DNA from: Octopus sinensis
Taxonomy: Eukaryota
Length of the DNA: 64,000 nucleotides
Direction: 5' to 3'
Assembly: GCF_006345805.1 (NCBI RefSeq)
Contig: NC_042997.1
Coordinates: forward strand, 130,138,001 to 130,202,000
The notes below the pieces were generated by a model. It was not told the origin of the DNA. It made no database searches and saw only the letters and a list, made by a program, of their open reading frames with translations. Position 1 is the stretch's first letter. The number at the start of each line of letters is the position of its first letter. This document shows positions 39,011-50,304 of the stretch, piece after piece. Both the position numbers and the translations under genes were made by a program.

Positions 39011-40318
39011 AATTATAATATGTGTTCCAGTTGATCCAATCAATGGAACAGCCTGCTCATGAAATTAAAGTGTAAGTGGCTGAATACTCCACAGACATGC
39101 TTTCCCATAATATAGTTCTCAGGGAGATTCAGTGTGACACAGACAGTGATAAGGACAGTCCTTTGAAATACAGGTACTACTCATTTTTGCCAGCCAAGTA
39201 GACTGGAGTTACATGAAATAAAGTGTCTTGCTCAAGGACACAACATGCCATCAGGAATCGAACTCACAACCTTATGATCATGAGTTGAATACCTTAACCA
39301 CTAAGCCACATGCCTTCACTAATAATAATAATAATAATAAGCCAGAAGGCTGCACCAGGCCCAGTCTGATCTGGCAATGTTTCTATGGCTGGATGCCCTT
39401 CCTAACGCCAACCACTCCATGAGTAAAGCACCCACTACACTCACGGAGTGGTTGGCGTTAGGAAAGGCATCCAGCCGTAGAAACATTGCCAGATCAGACT
39501 GGGCCTGGTGCAGCCTTCTGGCTTCCCAGACCCCAGTTGAACCGTCCAACCCATGCTAGCATGGAAAGCGGACGCTAAACGATGATGATGATGATGAATA
39601 AAAAGCATTAACATAATACCACAGGGTTAAACCACATTTGACAGACATAGAAGTATACAAAACAAAATAACCACACATAAAATCTCTGATTTCATCCACA
39701 CATGATTAAATCTTACGCCTACTTCCATAAAAATTACAATGTTAAACTATGCTTTAACAACTAGAACCACAAACTTGATATTAAGCAACCTCATACAGTA
39801 TTGAATGGTTGTTTTTGATTTTTTCAATCTATGCAAATTAAGAATTGCTCTGGGATTTTTTTTCCTTAGTAGTTTTCTTTTATACAGCTTGACAAATAAT
39901 TTCATTCTCAAACGTAGAATAATGCTAATAATGTAGCATGAACAGGATAAACTATCCATATTTTGCAGAGAAATCTGTTGGTGGCCAGCCATGAGATTCG
40001 AACTCCCATCTCTATTTTGTTTCTTTTATGTCATAATTTTGTTAAAAATTTGTGCAACTTATTCAGAAGTAAACACACATACAAGCCAGAAACCACACCT
40101 GAATTGACACATTTTTATCTAGGTAACACTAACCATATAGGAAGAATTGAATTCATCTGAAATCGCTATGTTGGATAAGTTCAATACTTCAGTTTCACTG
40201 TTGAGTCTCATTTTTATGTAAATAAACTATTATGTTTGTAAACTGGACATGTTTTATTATTTGGTAATGAAATAATTTTAGTGAACTGTATAATTCCAAG
40301 CAAAATACATTGATTAAC

Positions 40319-40770
40319 ACCTGTAAATAGAATTGCTTGTTAATGAGAAATATTTTGGTTGAGTGCTACTACTGAGGTATGACTTAATTCAAGACTATTG
40401 TTTTGATAGAATGTGATTAAAGACCATTGATTGTTACCTGTTACATATAACTTGACTAAAGACTGTCAACTGTTATTGTTTCGATATAGCTTGACTGACA
40501 CTTGCAAATAGCATTGCTTAATAAGAAATATTTTGGCCGAGTGCTACTACTGAAGTATGATTTGACTCAAAACCACTGTTTTGATAGAATGTAACTAAAG
40601 ACTATTGTTTGTTACCTGTTAAATATAACTTGACTAAAGACTATTGATTGTTACCTGGTACATATAACCTTACTAAAGACTTTTGATTATTACCTGTTAC
40701 ATATAACTTGAGTAAAGACTATTGACTTATTGTTTCGATATAGGTTGACTAAAGATTAATGTCTGCTACT
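40319..40770. repeat. 39-bp minisatellite nested in a ~180-bp duplication
   Basis: Unit taaagactattgattgttacctgttacatataacttgac; higher-order starts at ~40319 and ~40498. Confidence 0.85.
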
Positions 40771-40934
40771 TCAGTTTTAGGTTGACTGGAAACTATAGTG
40801 AATGGCTACATGTACCTTGATTGAACACTGTTAGTGCATTAATATTGCTGTAATGAAATCTGTTGAATGTCCCATGTTACAAATGTTATTCCAAATTAAC
40901 TTCAGAATTCCTATAAAAATGCCTTTTATTTTAG

Positions 40935-40982
40935 TTTTAAATGAATATTCAATGCCGAATTGTCTTAGATCCAATATTGAAG
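40935..40982 (+). CDS. Candidate exon LNEYSMPNCLRSNIE, phase 1 to 1
   Basis: Acceptor gccttttattttag, donor gaag|gtatgt; only the phase-1 frame is open, matching flanking exons. Confidence 0.55.
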
Positions 40983-42632
40983 GTATGTCTTATGTTGCTT
41001 TTGGAATTTGCTTTAACACTTTCATTGAATCTCCCTTCCATTCATGTTCCTCCACCTCTCTATCCCCTATTTATTCCTGTTAAAAGAAAAACACATGGCA
41101 GATTAATTTTTGTTGTTGTTGTTGTTGTTTCTGTATTTGTCCTTTTTAATAGGTGCTGTCTTTCTGTGTTTGCTATTTGTTCAATATTTGTTTCAAGTTT
41201 GCATTTGGAACTAATTTATTCACCATCTTAACTTAACACTCTAACATGTCTGTGTAATTGAAGTCAGGTGCATGCTTTGCTTAAGCAGGTATTTAATTTG
41301 TCAACCATGGGAGAAGAGCAGGTGTTTAATCAGACAACCACAAAAGAGTTTACTGTTAGTTTATGATATAATCAAGCATTGTGGTTTACTTGAAAAATAT
41401 TTTACTAAATTTTTCATTTTTGTATCTGGTTTGCAAGATTCTTGATGTGAATTTATGTATTGAAACAAATGTTGTTGTATCTTGGGAGGGTCATTATTCC
41501 AATAATAAACACATGCACTGGTTCTATTTTGCTTCTTTTATTATTATTGGAGCCTGGTGCAGCCATCTGGCTCTCCAGTCCTCAGTCAAACCACCCAACC
41601 CATGCCAGCATGGAAAGCAGACATTAAACGATTATTATTATATGAAAACACATCTTATTTTGCTGGGTTTGATAGAAAGTGTCAGCTGTCCACAGCCAGC
41701 AGACTGAGGTGAGACTTGCTTTTTCGTCATGGTTTAAGAACCCTACAAAGAATTCTTGCAGTCTCAAGCAATGCTAATTTTCGTAGGTGTTTTATGTTCA
41801 CACTTGCACCGGTCTTTTTCAGCCAGGTTGGTAGTTGATTGCTGATACTTTCAACTGCACCAATTATTATTATCATTATCATTATTATTCAATTGTTTAA
41901 TTATCTAATTAATTAACTAATCAGTCATTTACGCAGTTAATTATTCAGTCAATTCTGGTTGTCATTGTTGTGTCATCGTCATTCACAACCTCATCAGTGA
42001 TATGCCCTCTCTCTTCCGGGTCAATTTTTAACAAACATAGCCAATTGCTTGATCAACCAAACAATTGATGAGTTAATTGGTTAAATAGAATCAATGTGTG
42101 TATTTATAAATGGCATAACGACCCTCACAAGATATATCAAAATTATTTTACTAAAATTATATACTAAAAACAAAATTTCATCTCTTTGATGATTGCATGG
42201 AAAACTAGCATTAGAAGGTTAAATATTTGCATGAATTTAAAGTAGCTGGGGATAGCTGCTTAATTTTTTTTTCTTTTTTATATAATCACCAGCAGATATG
42301 AATCTTTTAATTTATTTACTAATATCTTAAAATGTTTCATCTTTGTGTTTGAAGGTTAACTTCAAGAGATTACTAAATTATTATTTAATCTCATATTTGT
42401 TACTGTCGAAAAAATGTTTTACAACATTACACAATGAGAACACTAATTATTGATAAATTGATTATTCGAGTTTTTATGATATTATATATTGTACTGTTCT
42501 GTGATAGAGAGATCAACAAAAAAGTACTCCATCTGGTGAAAGATAAATATTATTTATTTAAAGGATACAATACATGTCTTTAAGTGCTACTAATAGCTTC
42601 ACTATTAGTGCTATTAATATATATACATACAT

Positions 42633-42687
<55 letters not shown>

Positions 42688-42951
42688 TATACATACAATC
42701 AGAATTAGTGAAACATTCAGTGACAATTGTAGGTTTCAGGTAGAATCTTTTATTTCCCTTCTCTCACTCTTGAAGCCTTCAAACAAAAACAACATATCTA
42801 TATATTTATTACCTGCTTCTCAGCATTTTAGTAATCCAAGAACTACAGACAGAATCCAGGAAATCAAACTGAAGTTAATGACCATGAGACGCAAAATGGC
42901 CTAGATTTTAGGAAGTAATCAGACCTAATATCATAGCATAAATTACTGTTT

Positions 42952-43172
42952 ATATTATTTACATTTAAAGGATATTTGTCCTCATCTTGTTTGTTGTTAA
43001 CACAACGTTTCGGCTGATATAGCCTCCAGCCTTCATCAGGTGTCTTGGGGAAATTTCGAACCTGGATTCTCCAAGACACCTGATGGAGGCTGGAGGGTAT
43101 ATCAGCCAAAACATTGTGTTAACAACACACAAGATGAGGACAAATATCCATCAAATGTAAACAATGTACATA
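42952..43172. mobile_element. Fold-back pair of the same hammerhead-tail repeat, without the tRNA heads
   Basis: Left arm 42952-43070 is the reverse complement of right arm 43071-43172 and matches the tails at 6965-7100 and 7350-7481. Confidence 0.8.
42999..43044 (-). ncRNA. Minimal hammerhead-like motif of Penelope pLTR type
   Basis: Reverse complement GACAC CTGATGA A GGCTG gaggctatat CAGCC GAAA CGTT GTGTT; palindrome AACGTT replaces stem III; one extra A before stem II. Confidence 0.6.
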
Positions 43173-43744
43173 ATTCCTCATATCTTAAATATAGAACTGT
43201 AGCATGAATTACTGTACTCAACATGAAGTGACAAATTCAATAAGAATTAGATATTTTGTATTGTATGCAGTTACTTGGTGTATACTAAAACTTTGATTAA
43301 GCCTGATGGTCTGTTATCCATGACTGGTTTTCTTGTCACTTCAGTGACAACCCATAATATAGATTTTTACATGTATGAAACAGCAATGTGATACTGAATG
43401 TCAGGGAAATACAAACAGCAAAGATAGTAAATGCAGCAACTAGAGAAGAATGTCTTACTTTGATTTGTTGAATACATTGAGTATCTTTATTCACAGCTTG
43501 AAACTGTTTAGGAATTACATTACATTCGGCAGTTAACTCGCTGTTCACATAGGACACCTACTCAAAGAGTGGGTCGAATTAAAGAGTTACATTTATAATG
43601 TTATAGATTAAAAGAAGATCTTGAAAAGAGGAAATATTATGAATCTTAAAGATCAGAATAAAAGAACATGGAAAATTTTTTGCTCAGATGAGGAACAAGT
43701 ATAAAATGATGAAAAAAATTATTAAAGTTTCAATGCTTATGCAC

Positions 43745-44240
43745 AGTTCCCATTTAGAAACTTCATGCATTGTTGCAAGCCACTGGTCTCACATGGTGCA
43801 AACATGCAGTTTCAAAGGTTTGCTAATGGTGTCCAATAGTTGTAGAAGAGAGGCCATCCCACCAAGAATGCTGGCAGGATCAGCCTTCATGGCCTACAAT
43901 TGTTGCTTCACATCCTACTGTTGATGACATCAAGAATCAGTAAAGATGATTGTTTCAGTAGGCCACCTGGTCATCTTCCTTCATACTGTTTTGATTAAGC
44001 TATTTGTTATCCCTGTATCAAAGCAACCATCTCTGTCATAGTCATGAACCTCTATTCTTCTCAGAAATGTTTCATTGGGCAAGATCTTGCTCTTAAAGAC
44101 AATGTATGGTGTCAGATTTTCCATCACAATAGGTAGCTCACATCACCATAAAATGATTCTTCTCATTGCTGGTGGTCTTCATAATGGCTGTTTTCTGGCT
44201 CTTGGAATCAACTGTCTGTTGATAGGAAACTGATGAGGCC
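43745..44240 (-). mobile_element. Second pogo/Tc2-type DDE transposase remnant
   Basis: VDSKSQKTAIMKTTSNEKNHF...PYIVFKSKILPNETF...ILGGMASLLQLLD..SKPLK with stops. Confidence 0.75.
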
Positions 44241-46200
44241 TAATTCATGATGAGGAATATTTCATTTAGCTTTTAAGCAAACAAATGTTTCTTATCCCTA
44301 CTTGCACTGCAACATAGAACTTCTTATAAACACTGTGGTAATTTTGTATCCCCTTATAATTTATGATACTTAAGAAACAAATTCCATACATTTTATTACT
44401 ATAATAGCTGTTGTTAAGCCCAAGTCATCTGTGACCACCTCATTTATTTATATATCTGAAATGTATGATGGCATGATATAGTCCTAACTGGAACGTTTTT
44501 GATCTTATATCCACTTGAAGGCAGTGAGCTGGCAGAAACGTTAGCATGCCGGGCGAAATGCTTAGCAGTATTTCATCTGCCGCTACGTTCTGAGTTCAAA
44601 TTCTGCCGAGGTCGACTTTGCCTTTCATCCTTTTGGGGTTGATTAAAAAAGTACCAGTTAGGCACTGAGGTCGATATAATCGACTTAATCCGTTTGTCTG
44701 TCCTTGTTTGTCCCCTCTGTGTGTAGCCCCTTGTGAGCAGTAAAGAAATAGATCATACATCCACTGACCTAGGTATCAAGAACTATTTGAAAATTCTAGT
44801 GTCTTCAGTAGGAAACTTTATTGTTTCATGACAGAGTATAATCCTTTAATATAATCTTAAAGTTGCAAACTTTCTCTGTCATTATTTCAAATGTTTGTTG
44901 TATTTTCTGTCATCATTTTGTCCTGTTTAAAGTGGTTTTCTCTGAAGTTGACCAGATATATTTCACTTTTGTTTTGTTTTGTAATCATTTGTATCGCCTT
45001 CATGATGTATCATTGACTGAATACGAAGACAATTTTATATTTCCTCTCCCAGCCTTTTTCACTGACTTTTACTGTTTTATCTTTCTATTTTTATCAGTCC
45101 AACTTCAGTCCAACAACAACACTTGCTTGTATTTCAACTTTACTGTATCTGTTTCAATGTACTTCCATATAAATATGGTCGGGTGGGGGGGTCTCTCTTT
45201 TTTTTCCCTTTTAAAAATATTTAAAAATGTTCAGCATGGTCTTGAAGAAAATCTATTGGCTGTTATTAAAACAATATGTCATTGTTTAGTTGTCAAGTAT
45301 TAAATTTGGAAACAGGATTGTCAAGTACAATCTCAGCATTTTAAAGGTCAGTTTGTTGGCCAAATCTAGATAAGCATCAATCACTATGACTGAAATTAAC
45401 TATAGATTTGTTCTTTTTCATGAGGGCATTCGTAAAATAATTCATTATTATTTTTTTAATATTTTTCTTTCAGACTGATCTCTTTTTCATTGTTGTTCTA
45501 AACAGTTTCCTCCTTTGGCAACTATGTCTTTCCCACTCCCAGTAATACTTTCAATTACTTTTGCTGTTTATTTATTTTTTTTTTCAATATCTCATTCAAT
45601 CTGAGAATGTTTAAATGCTATGTATCTTTGATTCTTAAATTTTCATTCTTCAAAAAAATAATTTCCATTAAATATTTTTGTACCTGTTTTCAATCAGATT
45701 AGAAAAAAATCCTACTTGTTCTATTTTCAGATACCTACTCTTGAATACTCGAAAAATTTCTTTTTTGTTCAAAATCAGAAATATATTGATTTGAATTCCC
45801 ATGTGTGATGTAGTTATAGTTGCTCATAATGGCTTCTAAGTAATATTCCTGCTAACTGTGCCACATGTCTATTGATATTTGTGCTCAAAAGTAGAATTGG
45901 TCATGCCAAAAATTTTTTGTCTTGATAATAATTACCCCATCATAAAAATGTAAATAGACTTGCAATTGCTAAAAAATTGTGCTGTAATGTATGTGTGTGT
46001 GAGTGCGTGTGTACTTGTGTATGTGTGTATATATATATATATATATATTGTTATATTTCGGAATGGTCATATTGCCAGTTTAGCCAAATCTTGCACAACA
46101 AATATTTAAACGTACTATATATATATATATAATTATAAATTTTCTTCAGAAAATCATAGAAAGCATGGAAGTGCTTGGGTCAAACCAGAGACACTAGATA

Positions 46201-47009
46201 AATTCAGGAGATACAAGGAAGAAGTTCAACTCAGGCAGACTACAATTGGTGTATGCATATACGGATTTAATAAAAAGAATTGTCTAAAACATATTAATAC
46301 ATTCAAAATGTAGAGTTATAAAAATATATATGAATGTTAAAAATATGCAAGGACAAATAAATATATGCATATATAAATATAATGGAGTATAGATAAAAAT
46401 ATAGATGAGGTTAATAAAATATAGAAAGGCATTTCATTTTAAAATTATGGAATGCAGGGAGTAATAGATGTTTAAAAAGAAAGCTGGTGGGAATTTTTTA
46501 TTTTTTTTTTTTAAATTATAACCAAGTGGCAATAAATTGTTGTATTATATAAAACGTTACTATGTTGGTTTGAATTTAAATTTACTCTTAAAAGTTAAAT
46601 AATATCTATGGTTACACAAATGAAAAGTGCGAAGGATTATGTACGATTCTTTTATACACAGTCAGCATCTGCCAGTAATGGTATTGTATGGTGGGGCCTC
46701 TTCTATGATCAACCAAGACAATGTATAATTAATGTTTTGCAATTTTAAATTGTGTATACAGCTTGCTAGCACCATAGAGTTTCTGTTTTAACTTATTAAA
46801 GGAACTTATGTATATTCTATACCATTTTTTGAAGTCTTTGGTACTTCCTATATATACCTTAATTTGTTGTTTTTCATTTATCACTGTACATTTATATATT
46901 ACATTTATGTGTAGACATAGACCCATGAGCAGACATAAATCAGGGTCCCTACAATTGCAACTGTCTGGCTTCCTATTTATACTTTTAGTTTTATTAATGT
47001 TATTTGGAG
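46201..47009 (-). mobile_element. Inverted partial copy of the same Penelope element
   Basis: Reverse complement of 48277-49310 except for a ~200-bp missing block; ORF 46729-47019 has CNCRDP...VYIGSTKDF. Confidence 0.85.
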
Positions 47010-48135
47010 AGCAGCACATCTACAATTATCTCTGCCTACATCCCACAAACAGGCCTACCAAACAATCAGAAGGACTATTTTAATGATACCCTTCTACAGG
47101 CTACCTCAAAGGCGTATGGCAATGACTTCATCTTTGCAGCTGGGCATGTTGGGTGGCACTCCAGTATCTTCACTGGTGTACATGGCTACTGGAGTTCTAT
47201 GATGCATGTAACCTTTTAATCTGCAATACTAACTTCAGGAATCCTGACAGCCACCTGATAACCTATCACTCAGGTGACTCTGCTAGTTAGATTGATTTCA
47301 TCCTCACCAGACAGTGGGATGCAGGGTTGCTCTTAAATACGAAGACCCTCCCAGGTGAAGAATGTACCCCCCAGCATAGACTAGTCATTAGTGACTTTAG
47401 ACTCGAGGCCAGAAGGATGCCAAGAAGCTGGCCTGTATAGAAAAGAAGGATTTGGAAGCTAAAGAACCCTTCACATGGTCAGAGATTTAGGGACATCTTC
47501 ATCAAGAGATTTGATGAGAGGGAGGGAGGAGGCACTATAGACCTTGGACATAGAAGGTAGTTGGAAATTCCTATGGAACAGCTTACTGAGTGCCACAGAC
47601 CAAGTCTGTGGATGGTGCAAAGTCCCTTCCAGACCTAGAGTAATGTGGTGGTGGAATAATACGGTAGACAAAGCCATTAGAGCAAAGAAACAGGCCTGCA
47701 AAGCCTGGAAGGGTGGGGATAGCAGGGAATTGTACCAGATAGCCAGAAGTGAGGCTGGGGGACAAGTATACAAAGCCATGGGCGAAGCAGAAAAGAAGTT
47801 TGCCAATGTTCAGTGACATGAGGACCAAAGAACTGAAGTATTTCGGATTGCAAGACAGTGTGTGAGAGAAAATTGTGATGTCACAGGAGAGAAATGTGTC
47901 CACATGGATTACGGTGCACTTTTAATGATTCGGAAAAGAAAGAAGCTTGGAGAAGCCATTATGAAAGGTTGCTGAACATGGAGAATAATTGGGAGGAGGA
48001 GAGCCTGCCAAATGTTGATCCAGTAGAGGAACCAGCTATCTGAATAGACAGCACCCTAGTAGATAAAGCAATTAAGGGTATGAAGCCAGGAAAAGCCCCC
48101 GGCCCATCATGAATCACTGCTGAGATGCTTAAAAC
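47010..48135 (+). mobile_element. RTE-clade LINE internal fragment (endonuclease C-half to RT linker), truncated at both ends
   Basis: TIISAYIPQTG, PGEECTPQHRLV and WWWNNTVDKAIRAKKQ motifs; homologous to 11105-12000. Confidence 0.85.
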
Positions 48136-49310
48136 ATATAGTAGTATTTAACAAAAATACTATAAAATTATCTTACTCTACCACGCCGAACTTGGGTTCA
48201 ATTATCGCATCTACAAACAGAAATAAAATTCAACTCCAAATTAATAAAAGCCCAGATCATATGATACCTAACACAACTCCAAATAACATTAATAAAGCTA
48301 GAAGTATAAATAGGAAGCCAAAAAGCTGCAATTGTAGAGACCCTGAGTGTTGTCTGCTCATGGGTCTATGTCTATGCATAAATGTAATATATAAATGTAC
48401 AGTGACAAATGAAAAACAACAAACTAGGGTATATATAGGAAGTACCAAAGACTTCAAAAAATGGTATGGAATACACGTAAATTCCTTTAATAAGTTAAAA
48501 GCATAGAAACTCTACAGTACTAGCAAGCTATATACACAATTTAAAATTGCAAAACATTAATTATACATTGTCTTGGTCAATCATAGATGAGGCCCCATCA
48601 TACAATACCATTACCAGCAGATGTTGACTGTGTATAAAAGAATCGTACATAATCCTTCACACTTTTAATTCTAATGTTTTAAATAAGTTCTCTGAAGCTA
48701 TTCATTCATGTAACCATAGATATTATTTAATTTTTAAGAGTAAATTTAAATTCAAACCCGCATAGTAACATTTTATATAGTACAACAATTTATTGCCACT
48801 TGGTTATAATTTAAAAAAATAAAAAATAAAAAACTCCTACCAGCCTTCTTAATAATTTCCATAACACGTATGTTTCTTATATAACACATAAATTAATTAA
48901 TACTTCCAAAACAAACACATTTCTGGCACGAGCACTACTCTTCTCTTTTCCCTGATGATGGGGGCATTCCTTCAAAGTGAATCGTATGATTCACATGTAC
49001 TCTCGGAATGAACCCTTGAAACAATCGTAGGAATACTTCTTTTCATTTAAGCATGGTACCAAAAACTCTTTTTACACATTTATTACTCCTGGCATTCCAT
49101 AATTTTGAACGAAATGCCTTTCTATATTTTATTATCCTCATCTATATTTTTATCTGTACTTCATTATATTTATATATGTATATATTTATTTGTCCTTGCA
49201 TATTTTTAACATTCATATATATTTTAGAGAATTTTTTTTATCAAATCCGTATGTGCATACACCAATCGTAGTCTGCCTGAGTTGAACTTCTTCCTTGTAT
49301 CTCCTGAATT
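48136..49310 (+). mobile_element. Penelope-like retroelement 3' part (GIY-YIG endonuclease remnant plus 3' region)
   Basis: Translates as IFNKNTIKLSYSTTPNLGSII...CNCRDPECCLLMGLCLCINVIYKCTV...VYIGSTKDFKKWY...WSIIDEAPSY...RC*LC, the Penelope RT-linker/GIY-YIG pattern, with stops. Confidence 0.85.
48948..49033 (+). ncRNA. Hammerhead ribozyme motif in Penelope 3' region, slightly decayed
   Basis: TTCC CTGATGA (48952-48958), stem II GGG..CATTCC/GGAATG..CCC, GAAA (49018-49021), C AATC GTA, GGAA; T-T mismatch at base of stem II; loop looks like a CpG-decayed ACGATCGT palindrome. Confidence 0.65.
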
Positions 49311-49320
49311 CATATATATA

Positions 49321-49378
<58 letters not shown>

Positions 49379-49533
49379 TATATATATTTATATATATTAG
49401 AAACTATATGTACAAGTAGATGCGTGACGTGATTAGAGCTCCACATAGATTTTCATAATCCAATCTACTTTCTGTATAGTTGTTAATCAATTTCTATACT
49501 GAGTAGTGTTACCAGTTAGAGCTGCTGAGCAAA

Positions 49534-49940
49534 TGTAGGAGAAATAAGGATAAACACAAGTTTATATTATAGTTCCTGCATGTGTTTCAACATTATGGTT
49601 GTTTGGAGCCCTGCAATAAATGTTCCAAATACTTTTAAATACTCAACCACAATGGATCATTAGGAAACAGTATATTTATTGTAATAAGTTACAGATAATT
49701 ATGACCCTAGTCATCTGTACAATGGATCCTCAAGGTGTTCTTTGAGGAGCCATTGTAGTTGAGCATCTAAAGAAATAGGAACATCTATTGCAGAGCTCCA
49801 AACAACCATAATAGTGAAACATGCATAGGAACTTTAATATAAACTTGTGTTTATTCTTTCCTACAGAGTAATAATATTGAAACAGGAAATTGGAAAATTT
49901 TTTGTATTATTTTCCAATCTCCTGTTTTGATATTATTACT
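49534..49940. repeat. Fold-back (49534-49865) with decayed hammerhead motifs, plus adjacent 74-bp hairpin (49867-49940)
   Basis: Arms 49534-49670 and 49735-49865 are reverse complements. Confidence 0.8.
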
Positions 49941-50215
49941 TGGCAGGAAGTATTTTCCACTTTTTTTTTTTTTTAAACTCTTATGCTTATCTCACACAAA
50001 TATAACAACTACATACAGTTTGGGAGTACTGAATTAAGCAGAAGTGCTTTAAGAGGACACAACTTGGATTTTAACCCTATCTACATTTTATTTTTCCTAT
50101 ACACACACACACACACACACACAAATACATATATGCACATACACTAGTGTGTATGGGCATGTGTTTTGGTTTAGATAATATATATTAAACAAAATTTGGA
50201 CCTTGTTATTTTCAG

Positions 50216-50304
50216 GTGCCATGCGAGTTGAGTGGAACCTTTTTGATTGTTATAATAGAGAAAGCCATAATTTAGACAAAAACACTCTAGTGTCTGCTAT
50301 ATAA
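50216..50304 (+). CDS. Candidate terminal exon (G)AMRVEWNLFDCYNRESHNLDKNTLVSAI*
   Basis: Acceptor ccttgttattttcag; phase-1 frame open to TAA at 50302-50304; followed by long AT-rich, SINE-poor sequence compatible with a 3' UTR. Confidence 0.45.

Noticed and set aside
40400-40770. CRISPR-like appearance of the 39-bp array
   Set aside because: Contiguous tandem units with no unique spacers, no cas genes, eukaryotic context
41950-42030. Acidic minus-strand peptide resembling a piggyBac N-terminus
   Set aside because: Too short; no other transposase motifs or TIRs nearby
43336-43557. Minus-strand ORF with a hydrophobic stretch and a possible aaa|gtaaga donor; also an open frame on the + strand (ELHYIRQLTRCSHRTPTQR)
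   Set aside because: Acceptors are weak or phases do not fit the gene model; both strands are equally plausible, so unsupported
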